From contig CAWKCK010000017.1 of assembly GCA_963848135.1 (NCBI GenBank), positions 558,001 to 622,000 of the forward strand: DNA of 64,000 nt, given 5' to 3'. Positions 29,042 to 38,786 of the stretch are shown here, in pieces. Every line of letters begins with the position of its first letter. Positions within the stretch are counted from its first letter, which is position 1. Source of the DNA: an uncultured delta proteobacterium. Its GTDB lineage: Bacteria > Desulfobacterota > Desulfobacteria > Desulfobacterales > SG8-13. Below the pieces are notes generated by a model that had not been told where the DNA came from, made no database searches, and saw only the letters and a list, made by a program, of their open reading frames with translations. A program made the translations under genes and the position numbers.

Positions 29042-30493
29042 TCAGTCTCTTGCTTTCGATTCGGCCAGTTGGTCGGCGATGAGTTCCACCTTCCGCCGCA
29101 TTCCGAGTTTGTTTTTGTTAGCCTTTCCGGACACCGTGACGCGACTTTTCTTCCCTCTTGCTGTCACCTCAACGCAGATCCGCTGATGGGACATGAAAAA
29201 GGTGATAATACACCCGATGATCATCATTAAGAACCCTGTATAGACGACAATCACTCCGGGATCTTTAGTGACCTGCAAACCGGTGTAGTAGCGCTTGGCG
29301 TGCGCCTCCGTATTGGCGGCAAACTCGTCGACCGTAATCATGACCGCATCGCTCCGTTGCGGATTGACCATGGCACTCATTCGGTCGAAACTGGGGAAAC
29401 GCAGAGGCAGAATCACCTCCACAGAAGCACCGTTTTTCTGAGTCAGCACCCCAATCAGAGTCGGACCTAATTCTCTGCCCCTGAAGTCATATTCATCTTT
29501 GAATTCCTTAAGTTCAAATTCGCCAAGGTCCTCAGGAATATTGACGCGTTCGCCGAGATGAACCTTTTTATTATAGACCATACCGGTCTCTTTACTCGTG
29601 AAAGCCAGTCCGATTTCTTCCGGTACAGCGGTCACCGAAAGTTCGGCGGGCAACTCGCCATAGCTGGATTGAAAAAGATTTATGCCTCTATACCGCAGCG
29701 GGTGATTGACCAGGATGTCCTTTTGGAGAATTGCCTTTCCGTTTTCGATTATGGCGAGGCTGCTGCGAAATTCTTTCGGCATCCCGTTAGGGTAGAAGCT
29801 GACATCAAAATCATCGCACCGAATCTCAAAATCCAGTTTCACCGATTTATCAGCATTACGGAGCCGTATCGTATCGATCGTCTCTCCTTCGGGTATATTG
29901 ACAAATCCCTCGAAACCGAAAATAGAACCAACCAATCCACCGATCAGCAGTAGAATGACACTGGTATGGACAATATACACACCGAGCCGGGTCCAACGCC
30001 ATTTTTCTGCAAAAAATACAAACCCACCCTCGGTATTTTCCTGGCGGTAAAAGCCGAATTTTCGGGAAACCAGATTCTTTACAAGCGGTCTGAGTACTTC
30101 GATGGTGCGCGTGTCATCGCATTGAACTTTATGCTTATCGTTGCGGAATTGGGTGAGCTTGAAAGTTGGGTTTTTGGAAAAGATAATATTCCACGTCGCT
30201 TTGAGGCGATCCACTGAGCAAACAACGACGTTGAGAGTCAGCAACAGCAAAAGCAGCTGAAACCACCATGAGTGATACATATCGAAGATGTCCAGGGTAT
30301 CAAACAATCGATAAAGAAAATCTCCGAAGGCCTGGCGGTAAGCCTGGGGGCTTTCGTTCTGCGGGATGACCGTCCCAATGACCGATGTCGCCGCTAGCGT
30401 CAGCAACAGCAGAACAGTGAGCTTCACCGAAGCGAAAAACTTCCAGACAACGTTGTGTCTCAGGGGATCGCGGTCGATCTCCTTTTCTCTCAT
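29042..30493 (-). CDS. resB: cytochrome c biogenesis protein ResB
   Basis: FASVKLT..IGTVIPQ, YHSWWF, VYIVH, VNHPLRY..FQSSY, TGLQVTKDPG; start at MREKE (30493) preferred. Confidence 0.9.
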   Translation of the reverse strand: MREKEIDRDPLRHNVVWKFFASVKLTVLLLLTLAATSVIGTVIPQNESPQAYRQAFGDFLYRLFDTLDIFDMYHSWWFQLLLLLLTLNVVVCSVDRLKATWNIIFSKNPTFKLTQFRNDKHKVQCDDTRTIEVLRPLVKNLVSRKFGFYRQENTEGGFVFFAEKWRWTRLGVYIVHTSVILLLIGGLVGSIFGFEGFVNIPEGETIDTIRLRNADKSVKLDFEIRCDDFDVSFYPNGMPKEFRSSLAIIENGKAILQKDILVNHPLRYRGINLFQSSYGELPAELSVTAVPEEIGLAFTSKETGMVYNKKVHLGERVNIPEDLGEFELKEFKDEYDFRGRELGPTLIGVLTQKNGASVEVILPLRFPSFDRMSAMVNPQRSDAVMITVDEFAANTEAHAKRYYTGLQVTKDPGVIVVYTGFLMMIIGCIITFFMSHQRICVEVTARGKKSRVTVSGKANKNKLGMRRKVELIADQLAESKARD

Positions 30494-30946
30494 TTTATTG
30501 TCCTCTCTGGGATTTCCAGAACGGCGTTGTTCTGATTCCCAGCATTTTATGAAATCAGGTTCAGCGCTAAGAACAGATGAAAATGCCATCATCAACCAAG
30601 TGGGATAGACCGGGATTTTTTCTCGTCTCGGGTGGACTGAATCCGTGCACAGATGATCAGTCATAGACGTCACGTAGCTTGCAAGCAACCTGCATATAGC
30701 GATTCGCTCAGCGCCAACAAGATCCCAGTACCCGGCTGCCTGTCGCGAGCTACATTTCATACAAGATTGCGCAAGCCATTGCAATGGGAAAGGCCACAAA
30801 GGCACCCGATGGCCTTTCGGTATTTTTTTTCTATTAATATCTACAAGTTAAATAGAAGTGGGCCACAGGATTAATGACCCATGGTGAAACATGCGGCATG
30901 TCAGCAGAACGTGGAAATATTGATGAACCGTAAGCCTGAAACAAAG

Positions 30947-30995
30947 GAAGTCTTCAACTGCTCGTAAAAAAATAAGGGCGGCAGTTGAAGACTTC
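30947..30995. repeat. perfect 15-bp inverted repeat
   Basis: gaagtcttcaactgc (30947-30961) / gcagttgaagacttc (30981-30995). Confidence 0.7.
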
Positions 30996-31288
30996 GGTGT
31001 CGTATTTCTATAAATCGACCCGATTTCGATCGTGCGGATCATTGATCCAGTCGGGTGTTTCCCTTTGGAAACGGTTTCTCTGAACTCTATTTAAGGTTGA
31101 GCCTGCAGTTGAATCGGTAACCGCAGAGGGTCACCCAACGAGATTGTGTGAGTCATATCCACACGAGCTTGCCGGTCAAGCGACAAATCGATCTGTGAGA
31201 CACTAAGCCGTTATTTCTGCCACTCGCATCTGCGAAGCGGCAAAACCTCTTCCCAACGGAACAACGGGGTCATTGACATCGGACGGTA

Positions 31289-31717
31289 CTAGGCTTTGGT
31301 GTAGACACCCCGTGACATCGATTTGATGGCGCCCTTTTTTGTCAGCTTATAAAGCGCGTTGCTAAGTTGCCTTGGATTCAGGTTTGTTTTTTCCTTCAAC
31401 TGGGCGATGGATATCCCTTTTTTACTTTTATTGATGACACTGGAAACCGCGCTGAGAACCGTCGCGCCTTTATCGACTTTTACCCTTTTTACCGTTTTTA
31501 CCTTTTTTACCTTTTTTGCTGCCGGCTTTTTAACGGCTTTGGCCTTTGCTTTTCTTACCGGAGCGGCTTTTTTAACCTTCTTGGCTTTCTTGGGGGCAGC
31601 CTTGGCCTTTTTCGCCGGAGCTGTCTTTGCCAATTGTGCAGATAGACTTTCTACCTTTTTCGAAAGCATGGCAAGGTTCTTTGCGATGGATTGTAACTGA
31701 TTTTTTACTTTGGTCAT
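31289..31717 (-). CDS. basic histone H1-like protein with C-terminal winged-helix-like segment
   Basis: coiled N-terminus, AKKAKAAPKKAKKVKK tract, then GISIAQLKEKTNL..LSNALYKL.K.G.I..RGVY; GGGAGG RBS; TTGACT-16-TATACT upstream. Confidence 0.8.
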   Translation of the reverse strand: MTKVKNQLQSIAKNLAMLSKKVESLSAQLAKTAPAKKAKAAPKKAKKVKKAAPVRKAKAKAVKKPAAKKVKKVKTVKRVKVDKGATVLSAVSSVINKSKKGISIAQLKEKTNLNPRQLSNALYKLTKKGAIKSMSRGVYTKA

Positions 31718-32209
31718 CTCAGCATTCCTCCCTGTTCTATTGAAGATTTCTGCAAAACATCTGTTTTGCTTCATAGTAGTATATATATACTTTAGTAAAA
31801 GTCAACAATTAAAACTTAATTTCGATAATTAATTCAACGAAATAAGAATAAATCGACAGTAATTCAAACCGGGACATTCATATAGGAAATAGTGGAAGAC
31901 AACTCGCAACGATTGTCTATTCTTTTGGCGTAGACCATTTGGAAAGCGCGCCCCCATGAGCATTAAATCTTCAGCGGAAGGTAGTCTGGTTGATTTCTAC
32001 AGCTTGTACAAAGAGGGTGAAACGTGGTATGCGGAGACTTGGTGCCTAACCCCGAGCCGCAAAAGTATTAACACAAGCCAAGAAGGTATATTTTCAGATG
32101 GGAGAAAAATCCTCGGTTCGTTCCATGTTTAAGGCCCATAGAAAATAATTGCATACCGTATTATAGCTCCGTAAGTTCCACGGACCTATTTCCTCAGAAT
32201 TAAGTCTGG

Positions 32210-34231
32210 ATGAATTCGACTTCGGATACATACGGATGCGGTTCCTTTTCGATACCTCTCATGCGTGACATGACTCCAAAGAAAAAAATGCCCGATAAAA
32301 CCAAGCACATCAACTACGCGCAAGAACTCAATCCTTCCCAGCTTGAAGCGGTCATGTTCAATGACGGGCCGCTCTTGGTTATCGCCGGCGCCGGAAGCGG
32401 TAAGACCAGAACTTTGACCTACCGGGTCGCCCGTCTGGTGGAGGAAGGAATACCATCACCGGCGATCCTTCTCCTGACTTTCACCCGCAAAGCATCACAG
32501 GAAATGCTATCCCGTGCGTGCCAATTGCTCGACAACCGTTGCGGAAAAGTTTCCGGCGGTACATTTCACTCTTTTGCCAACGCGGTATTGAGGCGATATG
32601 CGCCCGCGATCGGATTCGACTCGGGATTCTCCATTCTGGATCGCTCCGATGCTGAAAGCCTCATCGGTATGGTAAAAAAAGAGCTTGGCTTGACCAGTCA
32701 CCAACGCACTTTCCCTCGCAACCAGACGGTAGCCAATATCATCAGCCGGGCCGTGAATAAGGGGCTGACGATCAGTGACGTCGTATTCAATGACTATCCT
32801 CACTTCTCGCCGATGATAGACAGTTTGACATCACTGTTTGATGAATATACCGTACGCAAGCAGCAACATAATTTCCTCGATTACGACGATCTACTGGTCT
32901 ATCTTTATCGGTTTCTAAGGGATAATGAGGAGACCCGCCACCGAATTTCATCTGCCTATCGATATATCATGGTCGATGAATACCAGGACACCAATCACCT
33001 GCAAGCCCAGATCCTTTATCTGCTGACGGACAGAAATCAAAACGTGATGGCTGTCGGAGACGATTCCCAGAGTATATATTCATTCAGGGGCGCCAATTTC
33101 AAAAACATCATCGATTTCCCACAGATATTTTCCGGTACCACCTTTATCGGTCTGGAAGAAAATTACCGCAGTGTCCAACCGATCCTGTCCCTAACAAACT
33201 CACTCATCGAACGTGCCGCCGAAAAATATGAAAAAAGGTTGTTTACCCGCAAAATTGGTGGTTCACGCCCCGTATTGGTGGAAGCAGGAGACGAAAACCG
33301 GCAATCGAGATTTGTGGTTTCCAGAATCGGAGAGGCCCTTGCTGAGGGCGTGTCGCTGAATCAGATGGCCGTGCTGTTCCGGGCCGGTTTTCATTCATTC
33401 GACCTGGAAATCGAATTGGCACGCGAAGGGATTCCATACGTCAAAGTTGGCGGTTTCAAGTTCATGGAATCGGCCCACATTAAGGACCTGCTGGCCCACA
33501 TGCGCGTCGTCAATAACCCGTATGACCGAATAAGTTGGTATCGCTTGTTAATGCTTCAGGAAAATATCGGTCCGAAAACGGCCAGTGATATTTATACGGC
33601 AATCGAAAGGGCAAAGGTCGGCTACAATGGCATCTTTACCGCTGCGGAGGGCCGTAGTAAACTCAAAGGACTTAAAAAACTGGTGGCGCTTTACGCCGCT
33701 ATCGATGCCGTTCCCATGACCGTGTCAGAAATGGGAGAAGTCGTACTGACCTACTACCAACCAATTTTGAAAAGCAAGTACGACGATCATCCCAAACGGA
33801 TGAAAGACCTGGAGCAACTTCTCACGATTATGGCACGCTACGAAGAGCTTGAATTATTCTTGATTGATATGGCGCTCGAACCACCGTCCTCAAGCGTCGA
33901 AGGCGCCCTATCAAATCAAGACGGCGATGAGCACCGTTTAGTGCTTTCCACTATCCACTCGGCCAAGGGATTGGAGTGGCACACCGTTTTTATCATCTGG
34001 GCCGTGGACGGACGGTTTCCATCGGTTCATGCTCTGGACAACCCCGAAGATCTCGAAGAAGAATTGCGCCTGATGTATGTCGCGGCCACGCGCGCTAAAG
34101 AAAACCTGTTCATTACTTATCCCAGCCAGGTGTACGATCGGAGTTCAGGGCTTTTCTTCGGTCGACCATCCCGTTTCGTCGACAGACTGCCGGAAGGACT
34201 CATCGACAAAGTGAAACTTTCATCCTGGTAG
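32210..34231 (+). CDS. UvrD/PcrA/Rep-family SF1 DNA helicase
   Basis: AGAGSGKT, LTFTRKA, VDEYQDTN, VGDDSQSIYSFRGA, STIHSAKGLE, LMYVAATRA; start may be ~32270-32288. Confidence 0.95.
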   Translation: MNSTSDTYGCGSFSIPLMRDMTPKKKMPDKTKHINYAQELNPSQLEAVMFNDGPLLVIAGAGSGKTRTLTYRVARLVEEGIPSPAILLLTFTRKASQEMLSRACQLLDNRCGKVSGGTFHSFANAVLRRYAPAIGFDSGFSILDRSDAESLIGMVKKELGLTSHQRTFPRNQTVANIISRAVNKGLTISDVVFNDYPHFSPMIDSLTSLFDEYTVRKQQHNFLDYDDLLVYLYRFLRDNEETRHRISSAYRYIMVDEYQDTNHLQAQILYLLTDRNQNVMAVGDDSQSIYSFRGANFKNIIDFPQIFSGTTFIGLEENYRSVQPILSLTNSLIERAAEKYEKRLFTRKIGGSRPVLVEAGDENRQSRFVVSRIGEALAEGVSLNQMAVLFRAGFHSFDLEIELAREGIPYVKVGGFKFMESAHIKDLLAHMRVVNNPYDRISWYRLLMLQENIGPKTASDIYTAIERAKVGYNGIFTAAEGRSKLKGLKKLVALYAAIDAVPMTVSEMGEVVLTYYQPILKSKYDDHPKRMKDLEQLLTIMARYEELELFLIDMALEPPSSSVEGALSNQDGDEHRLVLSTIHSAKGLEWHTVFIIWAVDGRFPSVHALDNPEDLEEELRLMYVAATRAKENLFITYPSQVYDRSSGLFFGRPSRFVDRLPEGLIDKVKLSSW

Positions 34232-34335
34232 AAAACCGGTAATGCCAGTATTGTTTACGATTTCGAAAGGGCACCCAATGGCGGCGATAAGGCACAATGC
34301 GGGATGATCTGCCCTAACCGCTCTGAGGCCAAAGG

Positions 34336-34899
34336 CTACTCAGAGAAATGCTCGACGGTGTATACCTTGACCGAAAGGCCACCATTTTGCCAGCAATTTT
34401 TCTTCAAGCCAGCTTTCTGACAGAGATGCTCGAGGAACGATCGCTTCTGTGGTAATTGCTGCCAGACTTGCGGCAGAAAGGTGGCCGAGTTCCAGTTCTT
34501 TGCAATTATGACCCCGTGAATACCCGGTTTCAATTTCTCTAGAAGATCGTCGGCACTTTTGTATTGAAGTTCTTGGGGTAGGGACAGCACACTGATCTCA
34601 ATATTGACGGTAGGCAGTTCGGAAACCTCAAGCGGGGAAAAACGAGGATCTTGGAAGGCCGCATTGAGTGCATTCTCTTTGATTCCGTCAAGGAGTGACC
34701 GCGTCGCCTCGATGTTCCCGATACATCCTCTCAAACTCCCGGCTTTGTGCAGAGTCACGAAACAGCCACATGGGGTGCGCATGGCGTCCGAAACCTCAAA
34801 CGGCTTGACCTCCTCACCCTCCTGAGCCAGTTCGACGGAAATAACACTGCGTGCAAATTTTAATAGGGATCGTCTCTCTGTTTCGGATAGCTGGAACAT
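34336..34899 (-). CDS. AMMECR1-domain protein (AmmeMemoRadiSam protein A)
   Basis: GCFVTL..LRGCIG, AAFQDPRF, IEISVLS, ATFLPQVW, LCQKAG. Confidence 0.92.
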   Translation of the reverse strand: MFQLSETERRSLLKFARSVISVELAQEGEEVKPFEVSDAMRTPCGCFVTLHKAGSLRGCIGNIEATRSLLDGIKENALNAAFQDPRFSPLEVSELPTVNIEISVLSLPQELQYKSADDLLEKLKPGIHGVIIAKNWNSATFLPQVWQQLPQKRSFLEHLCQKAGLKKNCWQNGGLSVKVYTVEHFSE

Positions 34900-34938
34900 G
34901 AGTGCACACCGGTTTTCAACTTGGAAACAGAGGCGGCA

Positions 34939-35175
34939 CTAACGGAGAAATGCCCACCAGATATAAATGCCGAAGCCAAACACGGCTAATATTGCCGAAA
35001 GATAGGCCGGCCAGTTCACCGTTCTCTTGGCCATACCATGGCTGTCGACGTCACCCAACTTTGTTTTGCATTCGGGGCATTGGAATGTCCGCAGGGAGAC
35101 ATATGCGTAACATTCCGGGCACCTTTTCGTGGCATGAACGAAGCCCTTGTCATTGTCATTCGGGTCGGAACTCAT
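34939..35175 (-). CDS. small zinc-ribbon membrane protein
   Basis: CPEC-x10-CPEC and a C-terminal TM helix; start uncertain (35175 or 35214). Confidence 0.7.
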   Translation of the reverse strand: MSSDPNDNDKGFVHATKRCPECYAYVSLRTFQCPECKTKLGDVDSHGMAKRTVNWPAYLSAILAVFGFGIYIWWAFLR

Positions 35176-35355
35176 CACCGATCGAACTCCTTCGAAACCA
35201 AAGATATAAATCATGGTCCAATGTCATTGTTTATTTTACACGATTTCCAAGGAGATAAAAACAGATTTGTTTCCTGGGCTGCCGGCTTCCGCCCCGCAGG
35301 CCGGCAAGGCATTTGGTTATTGGCCTGTATCGAATTTCTGAATCGACCCGGAAGT

Positions 35356-37248
35356 TCAATTTAAAAAGGAGCTTTCAATTGTAATTTCACTGACTTTGCG
35401 TACGTCTGCAATCCAATCCCCGACCACCCGGATCTGTTTCTGTTGGAGAAGCCCTTGCTTCGCGTTGGCTTTCTCCGTTTCGAACGCACTCTCCGCAGGC
35501 TCTTTCCTGCCGGCAAATCCAATGACATATACATCACCATTGGTCTCAAATACTTCGTCCGGCAAACGGTTCTGTTCCGACAACATAAAGGCTGCGCCCG
35601 CTATTTTCTGATCGTATCCGATCTTCGGCAATGGGGTATTGCGTTTGAAAAATCCAGTTGAATCCACAGCAAAACCCTGCTTCGCTGCCGCGTCAGCCAT
35701 CGATTGGCCCTTTTTAAGGGTTGCGAGAAACGCTTGGGCCTCTTCCCGCGCTTTTTCTTGCTGCATTTCTTTGATTAAGTCTGCCCGCACTTTCGCGGCA
35801 ACATCGGCGAACTCCGGAAGGCGGGCCTCTTTTTTATCTGTAACCTGCAGGATGTAGTACCCGTCGTTAAGGTCCTGGATCGTGCTGATGTCGCCGACGG
35901 TAAGATCGAATGCCGCCGTTGCGAATTTCACCCGGTCCTTGACGTCTTTCTCGGGACCCTTGCGAGTAAAATACTCGGTTTCATGTATCGAAAATAAATT
36001 CTCAGCAGCATTCCGGACCAGGTCCTCGCCCTCGAAAGAATTGTCATAGATCAGTTCAGCCATTTCAAAGGCCAGAGTTTTGGCGCGCTCATCGGTCAGC
36101 TTCCGGCGGATATCTTCGCGGGCCGTATCGATCGTAACCGTGGATTCTTCGTTAACTTTTTCAACCTTGATGATGTGCCAACCGAATCGGGTTCGCACCG
36201 GATCGCTGATATCTCCGGCTTTCATCGTAAAGGCCTGATCAGCGAAAGGCTTAACCATGGCTTCTTTGCGAAAAGAACCCAAATAACCGCCATTAGGGGC
36301 CGTGGGGCCTTCGGAATGTTTTTTGGCAAGTTCTGCGAAATCCTTGCCGCTCCTGGCTTGCTTGAGTATTTCTTCCGCTTTTTGACGCGTAACGGCGACA
36401 GTCTGTTCGTCGGCTTCCTGGTCGACCTTTATCAGGATATGCCGCGCCTCTACCGTCTTGGGTGTTTGAAATTCATCCAGGTTGCTGTCGTAATATGTCT
36501 GTATGTCACTCTCGGAGATATTCACTTGCTTCTCAAACGGCTCTGGACCAATTCGCAGGTAGCGGACCTTTAACTCCACTTCGCTTTTGTATTTATCCTT
36601 GTGAGCGTCGAAGTAGGATTGGACCTCGTCTTCTGTCGGGGCGATACCCTGGTAATTTTTTGGGCTAAATTTGACGTAACGGATGTCTGTTTCGGCGTTG
36701 TTCCACTTGTACCATTCCAGGGCTTCGGCATCGGAAACTTTAACACTCGAGATGACAAAGTTCCTGAGTTTGTCGATCAGCAAGGCCGATTTTTGTTCGT
36801 CTTCAAAGGAATCCTGCGTCAGCCGAATGCGACTCAGAACATATTCGTAGCGCTTCGGATCGAAAACCCCGGCCGTTTGAAAAGCCTCGATTCGACCGAT
36901 CGAATCGACCAGTTCCTCTTCACTGACGCTGAAATTGAGCTTTGCGGCCTCAGTCAACATCAACTTCTGGTCTATCAACTGGTTTAGCGCCTGTTCCTTA
37001 AGGCGCAACCCCTTGATGGTCTCTTCGTTAACCGATCCGCCAAAGTTGTTACGCACCTGATCGAGCAGGTTGTTATATTGTCGATTAAATGCCTCGAACC
37101 GAATCGGCTCCCCGTTTACTGTCGCCACCTCGGCATCCCGTCGGTCCTGGTAAATTCCGTAGCCGAAGGGTATAAAAGCGAGAATGACCGCTCCCAGGAT
37201 AAATTTGATCATCCAGCTGCCGGCATGTTTACGCATTAAGTTGAGCAT
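35356..37248 (-). CDS. ppiD: PpiD/SurA-family parvulin chaperone
   Basis: N-terminal TM, SurA_N region, ARHILIK, FAELAKKHS, GGYLG, RTRFGWHIIKV. Confidence 0.88.
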   Translation of the reverse strand: MLNLMRKHAGSWMIKFILGAVILAFIPFGYGIYQDRRDAEVATVNGEPIRFEAFNRQYNNLLDQVRNNFGGSVNEETIKGLRLKEQALNQLIDQKLMLTEAAKLNFSVSEEELVDSIGRIEAFQTAGVFDPKRYEYVLSRIRLTQDSFEDEQKSALLIDKLRNFVISSVKVSDAEALEWYKWNNAETDIRYVKFSPKNYQGIAPTEDEVQSYFDAHKDKYKSEVELKVRYLRIGPEPFEKQVNISESDIQTYYDSNLDEFQTPKTVEARHILIKVDQEADEQTVAVTRQKAEEILKQARSGKDFAELAKKHSEGPTAPNGGYLGSFRKEAMVKPFADQAFTMKAGDISDPVRTRFGWHIIKVEKVNEESTVTIDTAREDIRRKLTDERAKTLAFEMAELIYDNSFEGEDLVRNAAENLFSIHETEYFTRKGPEKDVKDRVKFATAAFDLTVGDISTIQDLNDGYYILQVTDKKEARLPEFADVAAKVRADLIKEMQQEKAREEAQAFLATLKKGQSMADAAAKQGFAVDSTGFFKRNTPLPKIGYDQKIAGAAFMLSEQNRLPDEVFETNGDVYVIGFAGRKEPAESAFETEKANAKQGLLQQKQIRVVGDWIADVRKVSEITIESSFLN

Positions 37249-37423
37249 GATCTTCCTTTCCTGTTAACCCCCAGATAGATAATGATACAATTGCCGCCGC
37301 GTGATACAATTATCGGATTCATTTTCGTCGGATGCGTTCGTCTTTTGTGTTTCGTGGTTATATTTCAGACCTTTACGGTACCGCCGCTTAACGGGCGTGC
37401 ACCCGATCCTCAGGCGATAAATT

Positions 37424-37690
37424 CTACCCGACAATTCCAGGAGGGGGATTAATCCGATCGAGTTTTGTACCCACCGACCCCGAACAGTAAGCGCAAAGGT
37501 ATTCGTACTTATCGCCTTCAGGGAGGACCAGCAGCAGTTTCTTACGCACCGGTACGGCCTGACGGCAGGTCGCGCAGTATAGTTCAGTGGCATCGAACTC
37601 CTCGAATGCCGCGCTGCGATTGCTCCCAAGACTCTCAGTCCCGGTGTGGGGTATTTTGAATCGAGTCTTCATCGGTCGGTATTTCCGCAT
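37424..37690 (-). CDS. small zinc-ribbon protein
   Basis: LYCATC..VRKKLLLVLPEGDKYEYLCAYCSG; start may be 37672. Confidence 0.7.
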   Translation of the reverse strand: MRKYRPMKTRFKIPHTGTESLGSNRSAAFEEFDATELYCATCRQAVPVRKKLLLVLPEGDKYEYLCAYCSGSVGTKLDRINPPPGIVG

Positions 37691-37887
37691 CTTCGATAGG
37701 TATCCTAGTGTTCCACCAACATCAATTTTGTCTGCAATCCAAACATGGTTGGCTTGTCGATAAAAAAGGTTTTATATTATTTTCCTAACGACACTTTGTC
37801 AACAGATTCCAGGCAAGAACTGGATATGACAGAAGCCATAACTGTCGCAAATCCGATCGCACCGATGAAAATACCGGTAAATAAATG

Positions 37888-37916
37888 TTGACACCCCTTT
37901 GCGTCCTTGGTATTTT
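37888..37916 (+). promoter_or_regulatory. sigma70 promoter of tRNA-Ala
   Basis: TTGACA-17 nt-TATTTT, 16 nt upstream of the tRNA. Confidence 0.7.
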
Positions 37917-37932
37917 ACTCCTCCATGTTTTC

Positions 37933-38008
37933 GGGGCTGTAGCTCAGCTGGGAGAGCGCATGACTGGCAGTCATGAGGTCGTCGGTTCGATCCCGATCAG
38001 CTCCACCA
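37933..38008 (+). tRNA. tRNA-Ala(GGC)
   Basis: GGGGCTG..CAGCTCC-ACCA acceptor with G3:U70, anticodon arm CATGA-CTGGCAG-TCATG, GGTTCGAT T-loop, 76 nt. Confidence 0.98.
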
Positions 38009-38022
38009 GGAAACCAATTCAT

Positions 38023-38053
38023 ACGGCTGACCCTTCGGTTGGCCGTTTTTTTT
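38023..38053 (+). terminator. intrinsic terminator after tRNA-Ala
   Basis: acggctgacc-cttc-ggttggccgt followed by a T run. Confidence 0.8.
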
Positions 38054-38204
38054 CCCAATATCACCGCGGTTGTCCGTGAATCGGCATCGGATCTTGACAT
38101 ATTCAGCGATATTGACCTAAAAGTAATCGTTTGTCGCGAGCACAACCCGCAAAACTATCACCAAAGCTTTAGCAAAATCGGCTGATTAACTCCCGGCAGC
38201 AAAT

Positions 38205-38786
38205 ATGATGCGATTGAAAACAACCATGATCTGTCAAGTCAGCTGCCTGGCATCTTTAATGGGCATCTGTGCATTTCTGCCGGTTACCGCCTGGAGTGAG
38301 GACACAATGACCCCTCCGCCTTCGACGGTGGCGGATCCTCATATTGAAAACCAACATCCACAGGAACAGATCTTGGTCCATATATATTTTGCCGATAAAT
38401 TCGCAAATTACCTTCAGGCAGAGGAGCGGATACTGGCATCCGTCTCAAATACCGTTGAAATGGGACGCTTGATCATCGAGGCGCTCATCAAAGGACCCAA
38501 ATCCGACCTTACCCGAACCATTCCCATCGGTACGCAGCTAAATGCTTTCTACCTCGGTCAGGGTGGGCGAGCCTACGTCGATCTATCCGAAAACGTGACG
38601 AATAATGGCCCCGGGGGGTGCAGGTCAGAAATACTGACCGTGTATTCCATCGTGAACTCCTTGGTATTGAACGTGCCGGAAATCGAATCGGTAATGATTC
38701 TGGTCAATGGAAGGGAGACACCGACTCTAGCGGGCCACATCGACAACCGCTTTTCATTTAACAGCGACATGTTATTGATAAGATGA
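38205..38786 (+). CDS. GerMN-domain exported protein
   Basis: signal peptide, [40 protein letters not shown]. Confidence 0.85.
   Translation: MMRLKTTMICQVSCLASLMGICAFLPVTAWSEDTMTPPPSTVADPHIENQHPQEQILVHIYFADKFANYLQAEERILASVSNTVEMGRLIIEALIKGPKSDLTRTIPIGTQLNAFYLGQGGRAYVDLSENVTNNGPGGCRSEILTVYSIVNSLVLNVPEIESVMILVNGRETPTLAGHIDNRFSFNSDMLLIR

Noticed and set aside
30677..30697. Sigma54 promoter upstream of resB
   Set aside because: TTGC is present but the -24 GG dinucleotide is not
30494..30805. 104-aa N-terminal extension of ResB in the ORF track
   Set aside because: No resemblance to ResB; family-like sequence begins after MREKE, which has a plausible RBS
37885..38185. Short ORFs overlapping tRNA-Ala
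   Set aside because: Artefactual translations of the tRNA and its terminator
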